In this document: positions 49,320-62,533 of the stretch, piece by piece
Layout: each line of letters begins with the position of its first letter
Position numbering within the stretch: position 1 is the first letter of the stretch
Assembly (NCBI RefSeq): GCF_963921235.1
Contig: NC_086108.1
Location: 47,246,001-47,310,000 of the forward strand
DNA: 64,000 nucleotides
Direction of reading: 5' to 3'
From: Mobula hypostoma
Taxonomy: Eukaryota
The notes under the pieces: model-generated
The model's input: only the letters and a program-made list of their open reading frames with translations
Told to the model about the DNA's origin: nothing
Database searches by the model: none
Program-made: the position numbers and the translations under genes

Positions 49320-49985
49320 CAGGATGGAAATGTGTCAACATTCAAAGAGGCCTGGGTATGAAGGCCTTGTTTATGAATCATTGAAAGTTAAACACAGATA
49401 CAGGAAACAAACAGAAAGGTAAAGGAAATATAGGCCTCTATTGTAAGAAAATTTATGTGCAAGAATAAAAATGTCTTAGATGGGACCTTAGTGGGAACTT
49501 ACCTGCAGTATTGTGTCAGATCTAGTCTCATTCCCTAAGGAAGGATATTTTTTGCAATAGAGGAAAATCAATGAATGTTCACCAGATTTATTGTCAAAAT
49601 ATCAGGGATTGTCTCATGAGGAGAGTTAGCAGATTGGATCTATACTCTCTAGAGCTTAGAAAAATAAGAGGAAATCTCATTGAAGCATATAAAATACTTT
49701 TGGAACTCGACAATAATGTTGCCAAAACGATATAGTTCTCTGCCTAGGGTATTCATGACTGAGGTGGAGAGAAGTTTCTCAGGAAGTAGTGAATCATTGA
49801 AACTCTCTATCCAAGGGAACTGTGGAGGCTCAGTCACTATAGATATTGAAAATTTAGTGTAATATATTGTTAGTCGGGGAAAGTGGCGCAGAGGTTAATA
49901 ATTAGTCATGATTCTTATTGAACAATGGAACAGATGTAAAGAACTATGACCAATTCCTTCTTCTGCTTTTCATGTCCTATGTTCG
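49320..49985 (+). mobile_element. Degenerate CR1 3' fragment
   Basis: cctgcagtattgtgtcagatctag...aggaaggatat and tatactctctagagcttagaaaaataagaggaaatctcattgaa motifs. Confidence 0.65.
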
Positions 49986-50979
49986 TGTAGGATCTGCATT
50001 GAAATTATTCTGCATAGTGCAAACAGCAAGCAAATATAACTGCTGTGTGGAAATACATAAAGGTTGAAATGGTACAAGAGTCTGTTTTCAAATACGATGG
50101 TTTATATCCAATCATTTTGATTGTAATCCAACTATACCTTAGAAGGTAGGAGTTGCTAGAAGCTAGCAGAATAAAGAACATCAAAGTTTTTGACATGGAG
50201 ATTCCCTTCCCCCAAGCAGGGCAACTTTTAACTGAATACTGAAGTTTTACTTGTGGCACAACTCAATTTTCAGATGGTGGAAGCTCAGAGGAAATACTGT
50301 TTACCAGGTGGTTACCTTGTGTATATGTGTAAGTAGATTCAGTAAGACACTGTCACCACACAATATTCCCATATTCTATAAGAGAAATGTAGGCAAAATG
50401 CAATTGTTTCAAAATGCTTCAATTTGGTACCAATTTTAAAACTGTTTTAATTAGAGATGATATTTTACAATTCACTGAACCTTAACAGGGGTACATCTTG
50501 GACTCCTGTCCATTTATTGTTGAAGTGCCTCATTAGCTCTGTGGAAACTACCAGGGGCCCCTCAATTGAACCTTAAATAATTCATATTCACCAATGGAGT
50601 TGAAAGCAGTAAAATGTGTAAAATTTGAAAGATCAAGTAATAAGACAAATTACTATATTTTTGGTTCATTCTGCTTTACCATTGTTTTTGAAGAGTTCTC
50701 TTATTTTCCAGTGAATAACTTTGGATTGTGCTACTAGAGGATACGTCTTCATTTTCTTCTTCAAGAAATTCAACACCCCCCTCGACGTCCAAGGTTCTCT
50801 TACCTTGACTCCTTCTTCTTTCCTTCTGTCTGGAACATACCTGTCCTGTACTCAGTGCACTTGGTCTTTAAGCATCCTCCACGTGTCAGATGTGGGCTTG
50901 CCCAAAAACAGTCGTTCCCAATTAACTCTCCCTCGTTCCTGTCTAATGCTCCAATTTAATACTCACCCACAAGGTCCTT

Positions 50980-52860
50980 ATCCATAGCTACCTTAAAACA
51001 TAAAGAGCTGTGGTCACTGTTCTCTAGCTGCTCACCCATTGAAAGGTCGGTCACCTGGCCAGGCTGAATACCCAATATCAGATCCAGTACAATCCCTCCT
51101 CTTGTTGAACTACCTACATGTTGATTTAAGAAACCCTCCTGGATTCATCTAATAAATTCTGCCCCATCTAAACTTCTTGCACTCAGAAAGTTTATATTCA
51201 GGAAGTTGAAGTCCCCCATGACAGCAACCCTACTGGTTTTTCATTCCTTTTCTTAATCTGCCTGCATATCTGTTCCTCAATGTTATTCTACCGTGTGATT
51301 TGTAGTACAATCACATCAGAGTAATTGCACCCTTCCAATTTTTGAGTTCTATCTATTTGGACCCAGTGGAGGAGCCCTCCATTATGTTCCCTCTGAGTGC
51401 AGCTGTCATATCGTCCCTGATTAGGAGTGCAATTCCCCTCCCCCCAACCCCTTTTTACCTCCTTCCCAATATTTTCTAAATATCAAATCCCTGGAACATT
51501 AAGCACCCATTCACGTCCCTCTTTCAACCAAGTCTCTGTAATGGTCACAACATCACAGTTCCATGCTCTAAGTTAACCACCTTTCCTGATAACACCCCTA
51601 GCATTAAATACACACACACATTTCAAACTATCCATCCCATTGTACCTCAAGCAAGAGAAAATCTGCGGGAAATCTGAGCAACACACACAAAATGCTGGAG
51701 GAACTCAGCAGGCCTGGTAGCATCTCTTGGGAAAAAGTACAGTCAATGTTCTGGGCCAAGGACAGCCAAAGGGTCTCGGCTCGAAACGTTAACTGTACTT
51801 TTTTCCATAGATGCTGCCTGGCCTGCTGAGTTCCTCCAGCATTTTGTGTGTGTTGCTTGGCCCATTGTGTCCATTACTTTGCTCCTGCCTGTTTTTACAG
51901 GCCCTGACATCTACCTTCCTCTTCCCTCCACTTTCTGACCTGGTGCTCTGGATCCCACCTCTCTGCCAAGTTAGTTTAAACCCTCTCAAGTAGCAGTAGT
52001 GAACATCCTGTGCAGGATATTAGTTCCCCTCCAGTTTAGGTGCAACCCATCACTCCTGTGCAAGTCACATCCACCCCAGAATCAGTTCCAATGATGCAAG
52101 AATCTGAAATCCTGTCCCCTGCACCAGCTCCTCAGCCACCCATTCATCTGTACTGTCATCCTAATCCTGCCCCGACTAGCACATGGCACTGGGAGTAATC
52201 CGGAGATTACTACCATGGAGGTCCTGCTCTTTAGCCTCTTTCCTAACTCACTGTGCTCTCTGCACAGGACCGCTGACCCCTTTCTACCTACAATATGTCA
52301 TTGGCATCAATGTGCACCAAGACCTCTGACTGCTCCCCCATATTCTGCAGCCACTCTGAGACGTTCCAGACCCTAGCACCTGGGAAGCAGCACACTGTCC
52401 TGGGTTCTCCATCACGGCCACAGAACCCTCTGTTCATCCCCTTCACTATTGAGTCTCCTATCACTATTGTTCTGCCTGACTGAGTCTCAGAGCCAGCCAC
52501 AGTACCAATGGCCTGACTGCTCCTGCTGGGTCTTCGCCCCCAACGAAGGGGTGTACTTGTTGTTGAAAGGACTGAGCAGAGGAGAACTGTGTCCTGATTG
52601 CTGACTCCCTATACTTCTCCTGGTGGTCACTCGCCTACCACTGAAGGCAGCACACTGGCTGTGACCATCTCAGTAAAAGTTTCATCTGTGAGGTTTTCAG
52701 CCTCCTGGATGGTCCTGAGTTCATCCACTTCCAGCCCCAGTTCCTCATCCCTGTCAGTCAGGAGCTGAGGCTGGGCATACTTCCTGCAGATGTAGTCATC
52801 AGGGAGACTGTCAATTTACCCTGAAATCCCGCATCTCAAAGGTGGAGCATTCCAATGCCT
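50980..52860 (-). mobile_element. CR1 5' half (ORF1 esterase + endonuclease remnant)
   Basis: ORF 52288..52500 TIVIGDSIVKGMNRGFCG...VCCFPGARV...VHIDANDI; GDFNF and SDH-type endonuclease remnants at 51000-51230. Confidence 0.85.
51644..51860. mobile_element. Palindromic Penelope-associated hairpin element with 8-bp TSD
   Basis: Arms agcaacacacacaaaatgctggaggaactcagcagg / cctgctgagttcctccagcattttgtgtgtgttgct; flanked by CCCATTGT (51636-51643, 51861-51868). Confidence 0.85.
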
Positions 52861-54246
52861 TAACTATCCTGCCTACAGTGACCTCAGGACGAAGGATTTA
52901 CAGACCAAAAAGAAAGCTTTCCTGTTCTTACATGTGCCTTCTCTCTGAAAGGTTTGAGTTTTACACGTACCTCGGTCACTTACTCAGCCTCTTCCCACCT
53001 AATTTGTTATAATTTTAGCTCCAACTTCTCGAGCCCAATATCCACAATCAAAAAACAAATACAAATGACTCAGCACCCTTAGCACCCGCCTTCAAGAACT
53101 TATAACCTTTAGCCTCAATTTCAGCACCTTTTAATATTAAAGGTTTAATTGCAATAAAAAACCTTCCACTTCGTATAATTAATCTTGCTGTAGTTAGTAC
53201 TCAGTAGCTTGCCTGAAGAACTAGTTCTATTTCCACTACATCCAGGTCAGGACCGTTATAAGATTGTCAGACTTCTTTAAACCAAAGACACAGAGCTGTA
53301 TTGGTTGCTGGGGTTATTTGGAGAGTTATGAATGTGTGGTCATGCTATTACAGAAAATTACTGTATACAATTTGTCAATAGATAATAGCAAGATCCAATG
53401 TTGCACTTATTATGCAGCTAGTTGTGTAAGTTTTGGATGGATAAGGAATGATAGTTTCATGAAACTCTGAATTCAAAATTAACTTTTGGTGCTTGCATAA
53501 CTGTGCACTCTATTAAATGGTTACAGTTTAATACATTGGCTATAGCCATAATGACTTTGGGCACTTAAATAGGCAAAGTACAGAACAAGCACTTAAACAG
53601 ACAATGTACGGAAGGATACAGACCTAACTAAAGCGAGCAAATAGGATTCGGATAGATCTTGAAAAAGGTCAGCGCAGACATAGTGACCCCAATGGACTGT
53701 ACTATAGAACTTTGTGACTCTCTGACTCTATCAATTCTCTACCATAAACAGAAACTATATGGCATTACAAGTGTTGACAGAATGCAGAAAATTCAAGGAA
53801 TTGTTCTATGTATATTACATTGAAGCAGCCACCTTATTAATCTTCCATGAAGATAGTCCATTATATTATGTAGATAATTGTCATCATCACATAACATGAT
53901 TACCAAAGAATTTAATCATTAAATGCTTCAAGTTCTTTTGAATTTACACAATAGCTATCTCTTCCAATAATCTGTTTTATTCGAATTAACTCTTTCTATA
54001 TCTTTTTCATGCTATTGTTGGAATCACATGGATATGGGAATTTCAGTTCAGCCTGTGACTGCTTAGCCAACTGAAACAGGCAATGAATAAATAAATGGAA
54101 GTAACTCAGGTCCTTTTCCTTGGTTTTACAAACATCTTCTAGTTTTAAATCAAAATAGAATGTAATGTCCGGCATAATCTGGAAAGGACTATGAATCTAG
54201 ATAAAGAACTTTTGGCATTTTGGACATCTCACATTGAAAATAAAGT

Positions 54247-54252
54247 TTTATT
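54247..54252 (-). promoter_or_regulatory. Candidate NIBAN1 polyadenylation signal (AATAAA); another at 53976-53981
   Basis: Hexamer on the minus strand about 105 nt past the stop codon; usage cannot be established from sequence. Confidence 0.3.
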
Positions 54253-54356
54253 TCAGTTTCTGGTGCTTCAGTTGATTGATTTTCAATAGTGGTAGGATGC
54301 TCCCAATATTGATACATAGTTAATTCCTTTAATTCTGCTTCCACATCAATGACCAT

Positions 54357-56095
54357 CTACATCTGAGAATTCTTCTCATCTTGTTTAGCTTCACCCTGAT
54401 TCTGGGTTATTTTTTCTTCCTGGCTTTCAGAAGCAGCATGTGGCTCTTCGGTGTTTACCGTATGTGTAGAGGCAATTTCTTGAGCTTCCTCCTTGAGCAA
54501 TGTTGGGGCTCTTCCAGAAACTGCATCAGACTCAACACAATCAGCAGAAGTTTCATTTTCTGAACAATCACTTGTTTTTTGTGACATATCTTTTTTTTCA
54601 TCTTCTGTAGCCATCTCATTCTGACCTTGTGGTGGCTCATTAGTTGTTGTTGATAAGTCTTCATTACCTTGCTTCTCCTGACCTGCAGGATCATCAACTG
54701 TTGATGATAAGTTCTTGCATTCATTATCCTCCTTTTCTTCATTTTCCACAAGTTGAGTAACTGTTGATGATAATCCCTTGCACTCATTATCATCATCCTG
54801 AACTTTCACAAGTTCATCATCTGCTACTGGTAAGCCATCATTGTTATTATTTTCCTTATCCTGAACTTCCACAACTTCATCAACTGTTGACTGTAACTTT
54901 CCCTCCTCATTATCTTCCTGATCCTGAACCTCCACAACTTCTTCAGCTGCTACTGGTAAGCCATCATTGTTACTATTTTCCTTACCCTGAGCTTCCGCAA
55001 CTTCATCAACTGTTGACTGTAACTTTTCATCCTCATTATCTTCCTTAACCTGAACCTCCACAACTTCTTCAACTGCAACTGGTAAGCCATCATTGTTATT
55101 ACTTTCCTTGCCCTGAACTTCCACAACTTCACCAACTGTTGACTGTAACTTTTCATCCTCTTTAACTTCCTTGCCCTGATCTTCTCTACTTTGATCTTGT
55201 ACAAGTTCATCAACCATTGATGGTGAGCACTTGCATTCATTACCTTCCTTATCCTGACCTTCCACAAGTTCATCAGCTATTGAAGTTAAGCTCTTGGGTT
55301 CGTCTTCCCTATTCTGTCTTTCCACAAGTTCATCAGCTGGTACCGGCAAGTTTTTTACTTCAGATTCCTCAATTTTCTCTGGCTGAACTTCCACGGATTC
55401 AACTACTGATGTCACATCTTCACTTTTTATTTCACTTTGGTCCTCAAAATGTTCATCCACTTTTGGACTGGATTCAGTGTGTACTTCAACATGGTTTGCA
55501 TCATTTCCTTTGCACGGTAAAGCTTCCTGATCCTCAGAACTGTCCTCAGCTGGCACAATTGCCACGGTTAGCAAGTCATGTATTTCTTTTAAACTATCAG
55601 GAGCTGGAGTAGATGCATTTTCCTTCTCTTTTTCATTTTCCTGCCTGTCCTGACATTCATTTCTTGGTAGGTTCTCGTTATTGTTTGCATTGTTTAATTC
55701 CACTGGATTTCCACCTTCCTGATAATTCCCTGCAGTTGAACTAGATTCCTCTACTGCATTTACATCAAGTTCAGTTACCACTATTCCATTTGGCTTGGAG
55801 TGAAGAACTTCATTCCCCGATTTCTGGTGAGAAGTTGATGACTGTTCACTTTCCAGTTTCTCATTCAGTAGAATATCAGATGTAGGAGCAGAAATTTGAG
55901 AAATCACTTTTTCACCCACTTCCAGTCCCTCAGCACTCGAGTCTTTAGGTGGTGTTTTGGCTGGGCTCCTGGGTTGAGAACCTGGTGGTGTCTTTCCTTC
56001 ATTTTTATCAGTGAGATTGCCATCACTGTCACTGGTATAAGGCAAATTGTCCACAAATAGATTGTGTTTTTTCAAAATGGCAGCCTCTTGCACCA
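54357..56095 (-). CDS. NIBAN1: NIBAN1 terminal coding exon (acidic, low-complexity C-terminus with tandem repeats)
   Basis: Acceptor ctcctgttag| at 56096. Begins VVQEAAILKKHNLFVDN (Niban1 EAAILKKHNLFEDN motif); 579-codon open frame to TAG at 54357-54359. Adjacent to EDEM3 on the same strand, as in mammals. Confidence 0.9.
54640..55345 (-). repeat. Coding tandem repeat: ~63-bp (21-aa) monomers, central part organised as 126-bp dimers
   Basis: Motif tccacaa(c/g)tt recurs near 54745, 54805, 54868, 54931, 54994, 55057, 55120, 55198, 55261 and 55321; tggtaagccatcattgtt recurs at 54828, 54954 and 55080 (period 126). Confidence 0.92.
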
Positions 56096-58204
56096 CTAAC
56101 AGGAGAAAAAAACGTTTTACAATTTAAAATAAAACCACACAGGTAGCCTTGCACAATAAGAGTATTTCTATAAACAACATTTCAAAGGTGCAATCAAACC
56201 AAACTACATGCCATGCCATCGATGGGAATGTTAGCAAGTTTAACACAAAGCTAGCTAATGAGTTTTTTTTTTAAAGCTTGCAGCAGGAGAGGGAGGTGCA
56301 AGTAAGAGAGGAAGTTCCTAAATATGTGCCCATCAAGGTGAAATGCAGACTGTGGACTGCACAAAAGACCAGAATCAGAACTCTGGTTACCAGGAAAAGG
56401 GGAGAGGATGTCACGAAAGGAATTAGAGTTTAAAGCTTGAGGCTTGGTGATGGGAAGCTGCAAATACAGCAGGTACATGGTCTTTCGGCAGCAGTGCTGA
56501 AGGTTATAGGAGGCTTTGGAGGCTCACAGAGGTCACCAGCTACAGCAGCTGCCTTCATTTTATCCATCAAATGCCGACATGTTCTCATTCTCATTTCCCT
56601 ACACAGCAGCAGCAGAACCTACTGGTCTTACACGAGCAGTGCAGCCACCAGCAGTCCCCACTACTGGAGCCTTCTGGTTTGGGATGAACAAGAAGGATTG
56701 GGGGCATCAACACGGTGCATCACAGGATAGAAACAGCAGTTTCTTCAGCTGAAGTTTACAGGCAGTGGAAGCTGGAGTGCCAGTCAGGCATGCAGTACAT
56801 TTGTCAATTCTGAATTGACAAAGGCATAAGTTTCAAAGACAAGCAAGCTGAGGTGAGCAGGGAGAAAGGGTGATGTTGTAGGGTTGGAAGTATGTGGCTA
56901 CTTTATCAGGGTTCATAAGCTGTTTGTGGTCTACAGGGTACCAAAATTATGCATTATCTGTTATGGCCTGAGACAAAGGCCAGACAGGGGCGAAGTACTG
57001 AGTGCAGTGTATGAGCCAAAGAAAGTGCTGGTGTCTAACTGGAGAGAACCTATCCGAGCAGGATCAGAATAAGGTTGTGAGAGTTAATGGAGAGGCTGAG
57101 CAGGTTGTCAGCACCATACACGTGGAAGCTGACCACATGGCTTCAGATGGCGTCACCAAGGTGTAACTGATGATGGAGAGGACACCGTGGAGTGCTGCAG
57201 CCACAATGCCACATGGTTACCTAGTTTTCAGCTTCTAAATTTGTCTGAAGATGGGACCATCTCCACAGAACAATTCAGTGGTCACAAGTGCAGAATTCCA
57301 AAGCCAAAGATATGGAGATGGATAGAGGAGCCTTTGTTATAATCAGGACACTCAGACGGGGGTGAAGGGAAAGGGTAATCTAGGAGACATCAGAGATTGT
57401 GACTGGAGTTGGTGAATGGGGAATCAGTGTGGTCAAATATACAAAAAACTAAATAGAAATGGCGAGGGATGAGAGGGAATGCACCAGCATCAGAGTCAGA
57501 AAGGATGTCATTTGTGTCTTGAGTTATGTCTGTTTCAGTGTAATCCTGAATGGAGAGATTCAGATACAACATTGCTGTAAAGGTGGGCGGGTTTGGAAGG
57601 CAACGACCTGATCAGGGATTTTGGAAAGGACAAGGAGTTTGGAAAGTTAATGATATTTTGTGCCCTTCTCCTGTACCTTCAGCCAGGATCTTTACTTTCA
57701 ATGTGGCAGCTGAAAACAAAAAAAAACTTATGCCTTTAGTAGAGGAGAGCATTCCAAGGTTGTTTAATAGAAGCATCATTGATCAAAATTTGACACTGAG
57801 GTTCCGTAAGAGATATCAGGGCAGATAACCAAAAGCTTGGTTGAAGAAACAGATTATTTCATAAAGGGAGAAGAGAAATAGAGAGGTAAAGAGGGAATTT
57901 AACAGCTCCATATGATTGGAGTAAATACATTCATTAATTCATAGTATGAGAATTGGAGGATGCAGAGATCTCAAAGGCCTGAAGAACCAGAGGTTACAGA
58001 GATAAAAAGGGAAGAACATTAGGCCATGGAAAGATGAAAATGAAGAATTGTTAGCCATTAATGTGATGTAAGGTTCCAGATTATGATGGAATACAGCCAT
58101 TTTGTTGACAACCATGGTTCCTCATGGACACCTGGTTTTGAGCTGCTTGAACCTTTCGGAAGATAAGACCATATCCACGAGGATCCTACAAGGCAAACCC
58201 TAAC

Positions 58205-59841
58205 ATAATGAATTGGCTGTGATGCTTCGCTTCCAGATGAGCTAAATGTCTTTTACAAACGCTTTGAAAGGGAGAATAAAACAAAACCTGTGCGAATCCC
58301 TGCAGCATCTGGTGACCTTGTAACCTCTGTCTCAGAGGCTGACATCTTTCATGAGGGTGAACCCTCATAAGGCATCAGGCCCTGATGGGGCCTGATAGAG
58401 AAATGAAGACCTGTGCCAACCATCAGGCGGGAGTGTTCAAGAACATGAATCTCTCACTACAGCAGGCAGAGGTTCCCACCTCCTTCCAAAGGGCAACAAT
58501 CATACCAGGGCCCAAGAAGAGCAGAGTGAGCTGCCTCAATGACTATCACTCACATCTACTGTGATGAAGAGCTTTGAGAGGTTGGTGGTGACCAGAATCA
58601 ACTCCTGCTGAAGCAAGGACCTGCTCCTGCCACAACCTGCCTATCACCACAGTAGATCTACAGTGGATGCAATCTCACTAGCTCTCCACTTGGCCTTGAA
58701 TCACCTGGGCAGCAGCAATACCTACATCAGGCTGCTGTTTATTGACTACAACTCAGTGTTTGACACAATCATACGCTCAGTAATAAACAGCAAGCTCCAA
58801 AACCTGGGTCTCTGAAACTCCCTCTGCAACTGGATCCTTGACTTCCTCATCAGGAGATCACGGTCAGTGCAGATCAAAAATAACAGCTCCTCATTGATAA
58901 TTAACACTGGCACACCTGAAGGATGCATGCTTAGTCCACTGCTCTATTCTCCGTATGCACACATCTCTGTAGCTAGGCACAACTCAAATACCATCTACAA
59001 ATTTACCAATGACACAACAATAGCTGGCAGAATTTCACATGGTGAGGAGGAGGCACTAGGAGAGAGATCGATCAGCTAGTTGAGTCGTGTCGAAACAACA
59101 GCCTTCCACTCAATGTCAGCAAGACCACAGATATGGTTGTGGACTTCAGGAAGGAGAAGTCAAGGGAACACACACCAGTCCTTATCAAGGGATCAGAAAT
59201 GGAAAGGGTGAGCAGATTCAACTTCCTGGGTGTCAACATCTCTGAAGATCTATCCTAGGCCCAACATATTGATGCAACTACAAAGAAGGCATGATCAGGG
59301 TTATACTGTATTTCATTAGGGGTTTGAGGAAACTTGGTATGTCACCAAAGACTCTCACAAATTTCTACAGATGAACTGCAGAGAGCATTCTGACTGGTTG
59401 CATCATCACCTATTATGGAGGAGCCACTGCACAGGATCAGAAAAGGCTGCAGGAAGTTGCAAATGCAGCCAACTCCATCGTGAGCACTAGCCTCCCCAGC
59501 ACTGAGGACATCTTCAAAAGGTGATGCACCATAAAGGCAGTATTCATCATCAATGACCCCCGTTACACAGGACACCCCCTTTTCTTATTGCTACCATCGA
59601 GGAGGTACAAGAGCTTGAAGAGATACTGTCAACACTTTAGCAGCAGCTCCTTCCCCGCCACCACCAGATTACCTCACTTTTTTTTCTTTTTTTCCTCTTT
59701 TTGCACTACTCATTTAATTATATATATATATCTTATTGTAATTTATAGTTTCTTTGTTATACTGTATATTACAATGTACTGCTGCTGCAAAACTACATAT
59801 TTCATGATATATGCCAGTGATTTTAATTCTGATTCTGATTC
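58205..59841 (+). mobile_element. Rex1/Babar-clade LINE, 5'-truncated and degenerate
   Basis: PDELNVFYKRFE, KASGPDG, PKKSRVSCLNDY, LLFIDYNSVFDTI, NTGTPEGCMLSPLLYS and YKFTNDTT remnants; tail ttctgattctgattc. Confidence 0.9.
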
Positions 59842-61580
59842 AGTGTTCACTATCACATATTGGATATTGAGAGTCCCCACCAAGAATGTTCTATGCCCTT
59901 TCTTAATTTAAAGATTTATTTTCAGAGTGTTTCTGATTAGGACATTTTTCAAATTTTTCTCTTCTTACTACCATTGATAGGTGGTGACGAGCAGTCTCTG
60001 TGAAGATACTCCCACAGTGTTGTTAGGTTGTGAGTTTCTGGAGTTTCAGCAATGATGAAGGACTGGCAATTTATTTTCAAGCGAGTGCCAATTGAGATGG
60101 TGGGAACTGATCCTAATGCTTCTTCCAAATGATGTTTAATATGAAGGAGAGCGGACTCATTTGCTGACCGAGGACAGTGACTGGGAATCAGAAAGACATT
60201 TGCACCTCACCCACTCGCCTCGCCTCCACCCTTCCACGACATACCATTCTTTCCTGCAGTGAGAGCTACCCCTGCTGGTGAGATGGAACCTACTCAGGGA
60301 TCATGATGGAAACATCTGAAACCCACTGAGCTATAGTGTATGGCTCTGTGGATCTGAAGCTGCAACTTGATTATCCTTTGGGGCAGTTCGCAAAAGTCAC
60401 ATCCCCAAATGTTAGTGGGGAGTGCACTGCAGGGTTGACATTAATTTTGTCTGTATTTGGTGCCTAGGTCGATGGTACATTCAGTCTAGGCCATCCAATT
60501 TTATTCTTAAATACTTCTCTAGGTCACTTCAGAGGTTAGTAACAGGTCATCCATATTAAAGTGTGTCTTCTGTGTCACGGGTCAGGCTGAGTGAGTGAAG
60601 CCTTTAATGAAACGGAGGAGTGCCGATAGTTTCACGGTTACCATTGCTGATATATGCTTTCAGTCTAGATTTACTTCATGGACTGAATTTATATACCTTA
60701 GCTGCCTTAGTGGATTTCAACTCCTACCCTTGGTTCATTGTCCAAGCACCGAACTACTATGTTATCCATGACAATTGAAGGTTAAGCCAGTGGTCCACCT
60801 CTGAGTGGAAATCTACGTTCCTCAGATCCAATGGAGCACAGATGATGGCTCTACCAGGCCAAAGGACGAAAGTGAAACAAGGCAAAGGTTTCAATGGAAG
60901 CAGGGAACTGGAGAAATGGGGATATTTGTTGCAGCAATGTCACATTGGATACAAGAAGGCTACAAGAATTTGAAGGTGACTTGCGAGAGAGGTTTTCCAA
61001 GCCCAGGCACAGAGAAAGGCTGAGGGAAGGAAGATGGCATTATTTGTGATAAACAAAACGTGAGCTGTCAGGCCATGTGCAATGGCAAAGTCAACAGTGG
61101 CTGAGAGTACAGCTGGAGAAGTATTGTGGAGGAAGAGTTGAGGTAGGGGAAGAAATGCATACAGCTCCGTGAAGACAGAGCAGGTAGAGTTGAAATAGAC
61201 AGTGGAAATTATTCTACAGGTGTCACTGAATACAAAGGCTGAGGAAGAAAATTAGTAAGAAACCTCAGTGAGAAATTTGGCATGATGCTTGAGCTGTTTA
61301 CTAGATACCTAGCAGCCAATTCACAGCATCAAACCATCGCCTACCTACCTACCTTTACCTGTTTTCAGCAGGTGAGAAGAACACTTGCCACAATGTTTTT
61401 TCTCTCTTTAATGAAAGTGAAAAATTGTTGAATATATCTACAGGTCAATTTACAAAAGGGCAGGGGTTTTATTGTAATTGTTTTCAAGTCTGATTTTAGC
61501 TGTTAATTGTTTAAAATTTATCAGCTAATCTGAAGACTGGGTCATTTTCTAGGATCAACAGATATGCAAACATTCTTTAC

Positions 61581-61692
61581 CTTTGATCACCTCCTTGATA
61601 ATGGTGTCAAGTAAAATTTCTTCATAGATATTCTCCACTTGAACGAGTTTTGTGTAATCTGCAAAGATGTATTGCTCAAATTTCTGAAGCTC
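61581..61692 (-). CDS. NIBAN1: NIBAN1 (FAM129A) penultimate coding exon (112 nt)
   Basis: aacag|...|gtaaag encodes ELQKFEQYIFADYTKLVQVENIYEEILLDTIIKEVIK(V), resembling the Niban ELQKYEQFIFAD motif; phase 1 matches the next exon. Confidence 0.9.
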
Positions 61693-62260
61693 CTGTTCAT
61701 GAAGGAAAAAAAGCATATGTTCAGCTCTCTGTTAAAAAGTCCACTTTAAGCCTACCATCTTGGCTTCAAACTTATTCCATTAGCACAACGTTGACCAATA
61801 TGCTGAAAATCTCCTAATTTCTTCTATGTGAGCAAGGAACGGAGGAAAGTTCAAAACATAACCTCATTCCCTTTTTCTCCTTCCAGTTAATGTCATTTTA
61901 TTATTTCAATATTCTAAAAGAAAATGAAACCATTTCTTAACTCCTGAAAATCAAAAATATTTAAAAATTAAATATACCAGATACTAATGTGTAGGAATCC
62001 TCAAGCCATACACTTCAAGTTTTAACCTATTTATTTTAAATGATGGAGGGAGTATATTACATATTAAGTAGTGATATCTATTACTTTGTACCATAATTTT
62101 AAATCATGCCTGATTAATTGGTTGACAATACTATTTAAGAAAATTAACATTTTGATTACTGATGGTAAAAGAAATTACAGAGAACCGACTTAAGTTTGTT
62201 AACTCTGGTGTAACTTAAATGTCTTCTGAAGGTGTAGCAATAAAGTCTGGCATCAGTTCA

Positions 62261-62533
62261 TTTAGTTGAGATACAGTGTGGAATAGGCCCTTCTGGCCCT
62301 TCGAGCCACGCTGGCCACCAATCCCCCAATTTATCGGTAGCCTAACAACTGGATAATTTATAAATGACCAATCAACCAACCAATCGGTTCATCTTTGGAC
62401 TGTGGGAGGAACCCGGAGCACCCGGATGAAACCCACGCGGTCCCGGGATGAACGTACAAATTCCTTACAGGCGGTGGCGGGAATTGAACCCGGGTCACCT
62501 GTACTGTAAAGTGTTGTGCTAGCCACCACGCTA
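62261..62533 (-). mobile_element. tRNA-derived V-SINE (HE1-like), well preserved
   Basis: A box tagcgtggtgg, B box ggttcaattcc, V-domain gcgtgggtttcatccgggtgctccgggttcctcccacagtccaaaga, and a CR1-like 3' tail. More decayed copies near 3340-3520, 12840-13100 and 47680-47920. Confidence 0.85.

Noticed and set aside
54745..55330. Regularly spaced repeats resembling a CRISPR array
   Set aside because: The units between motifs are themselves homologous and in frame within a vertebrate exon; there are no cas genes.
54381..55612. Antisense and alternate-frame ORFs with His/Pro/Leu or Met/Lys repeats (e.g. 54764..55048, 54950..55273)
   Set aside because: These are shadows of the NIBAN1 coding repeat, with no independent splice or start evidence.
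56280..58080. Purine-rich intronic stretch with several short ORFs
   Set aside because: Looks like highly decayed LINE (L2-like) sequence, partly similar to 6100-6440; the family could not be assigned and there is no coherent coding signal.
62470..62533. tRNA gene
   Set aside because: The A/B boxes belong to a SINE head followed by a V-domain and LINE-like tail; there is no full cloverleaf.
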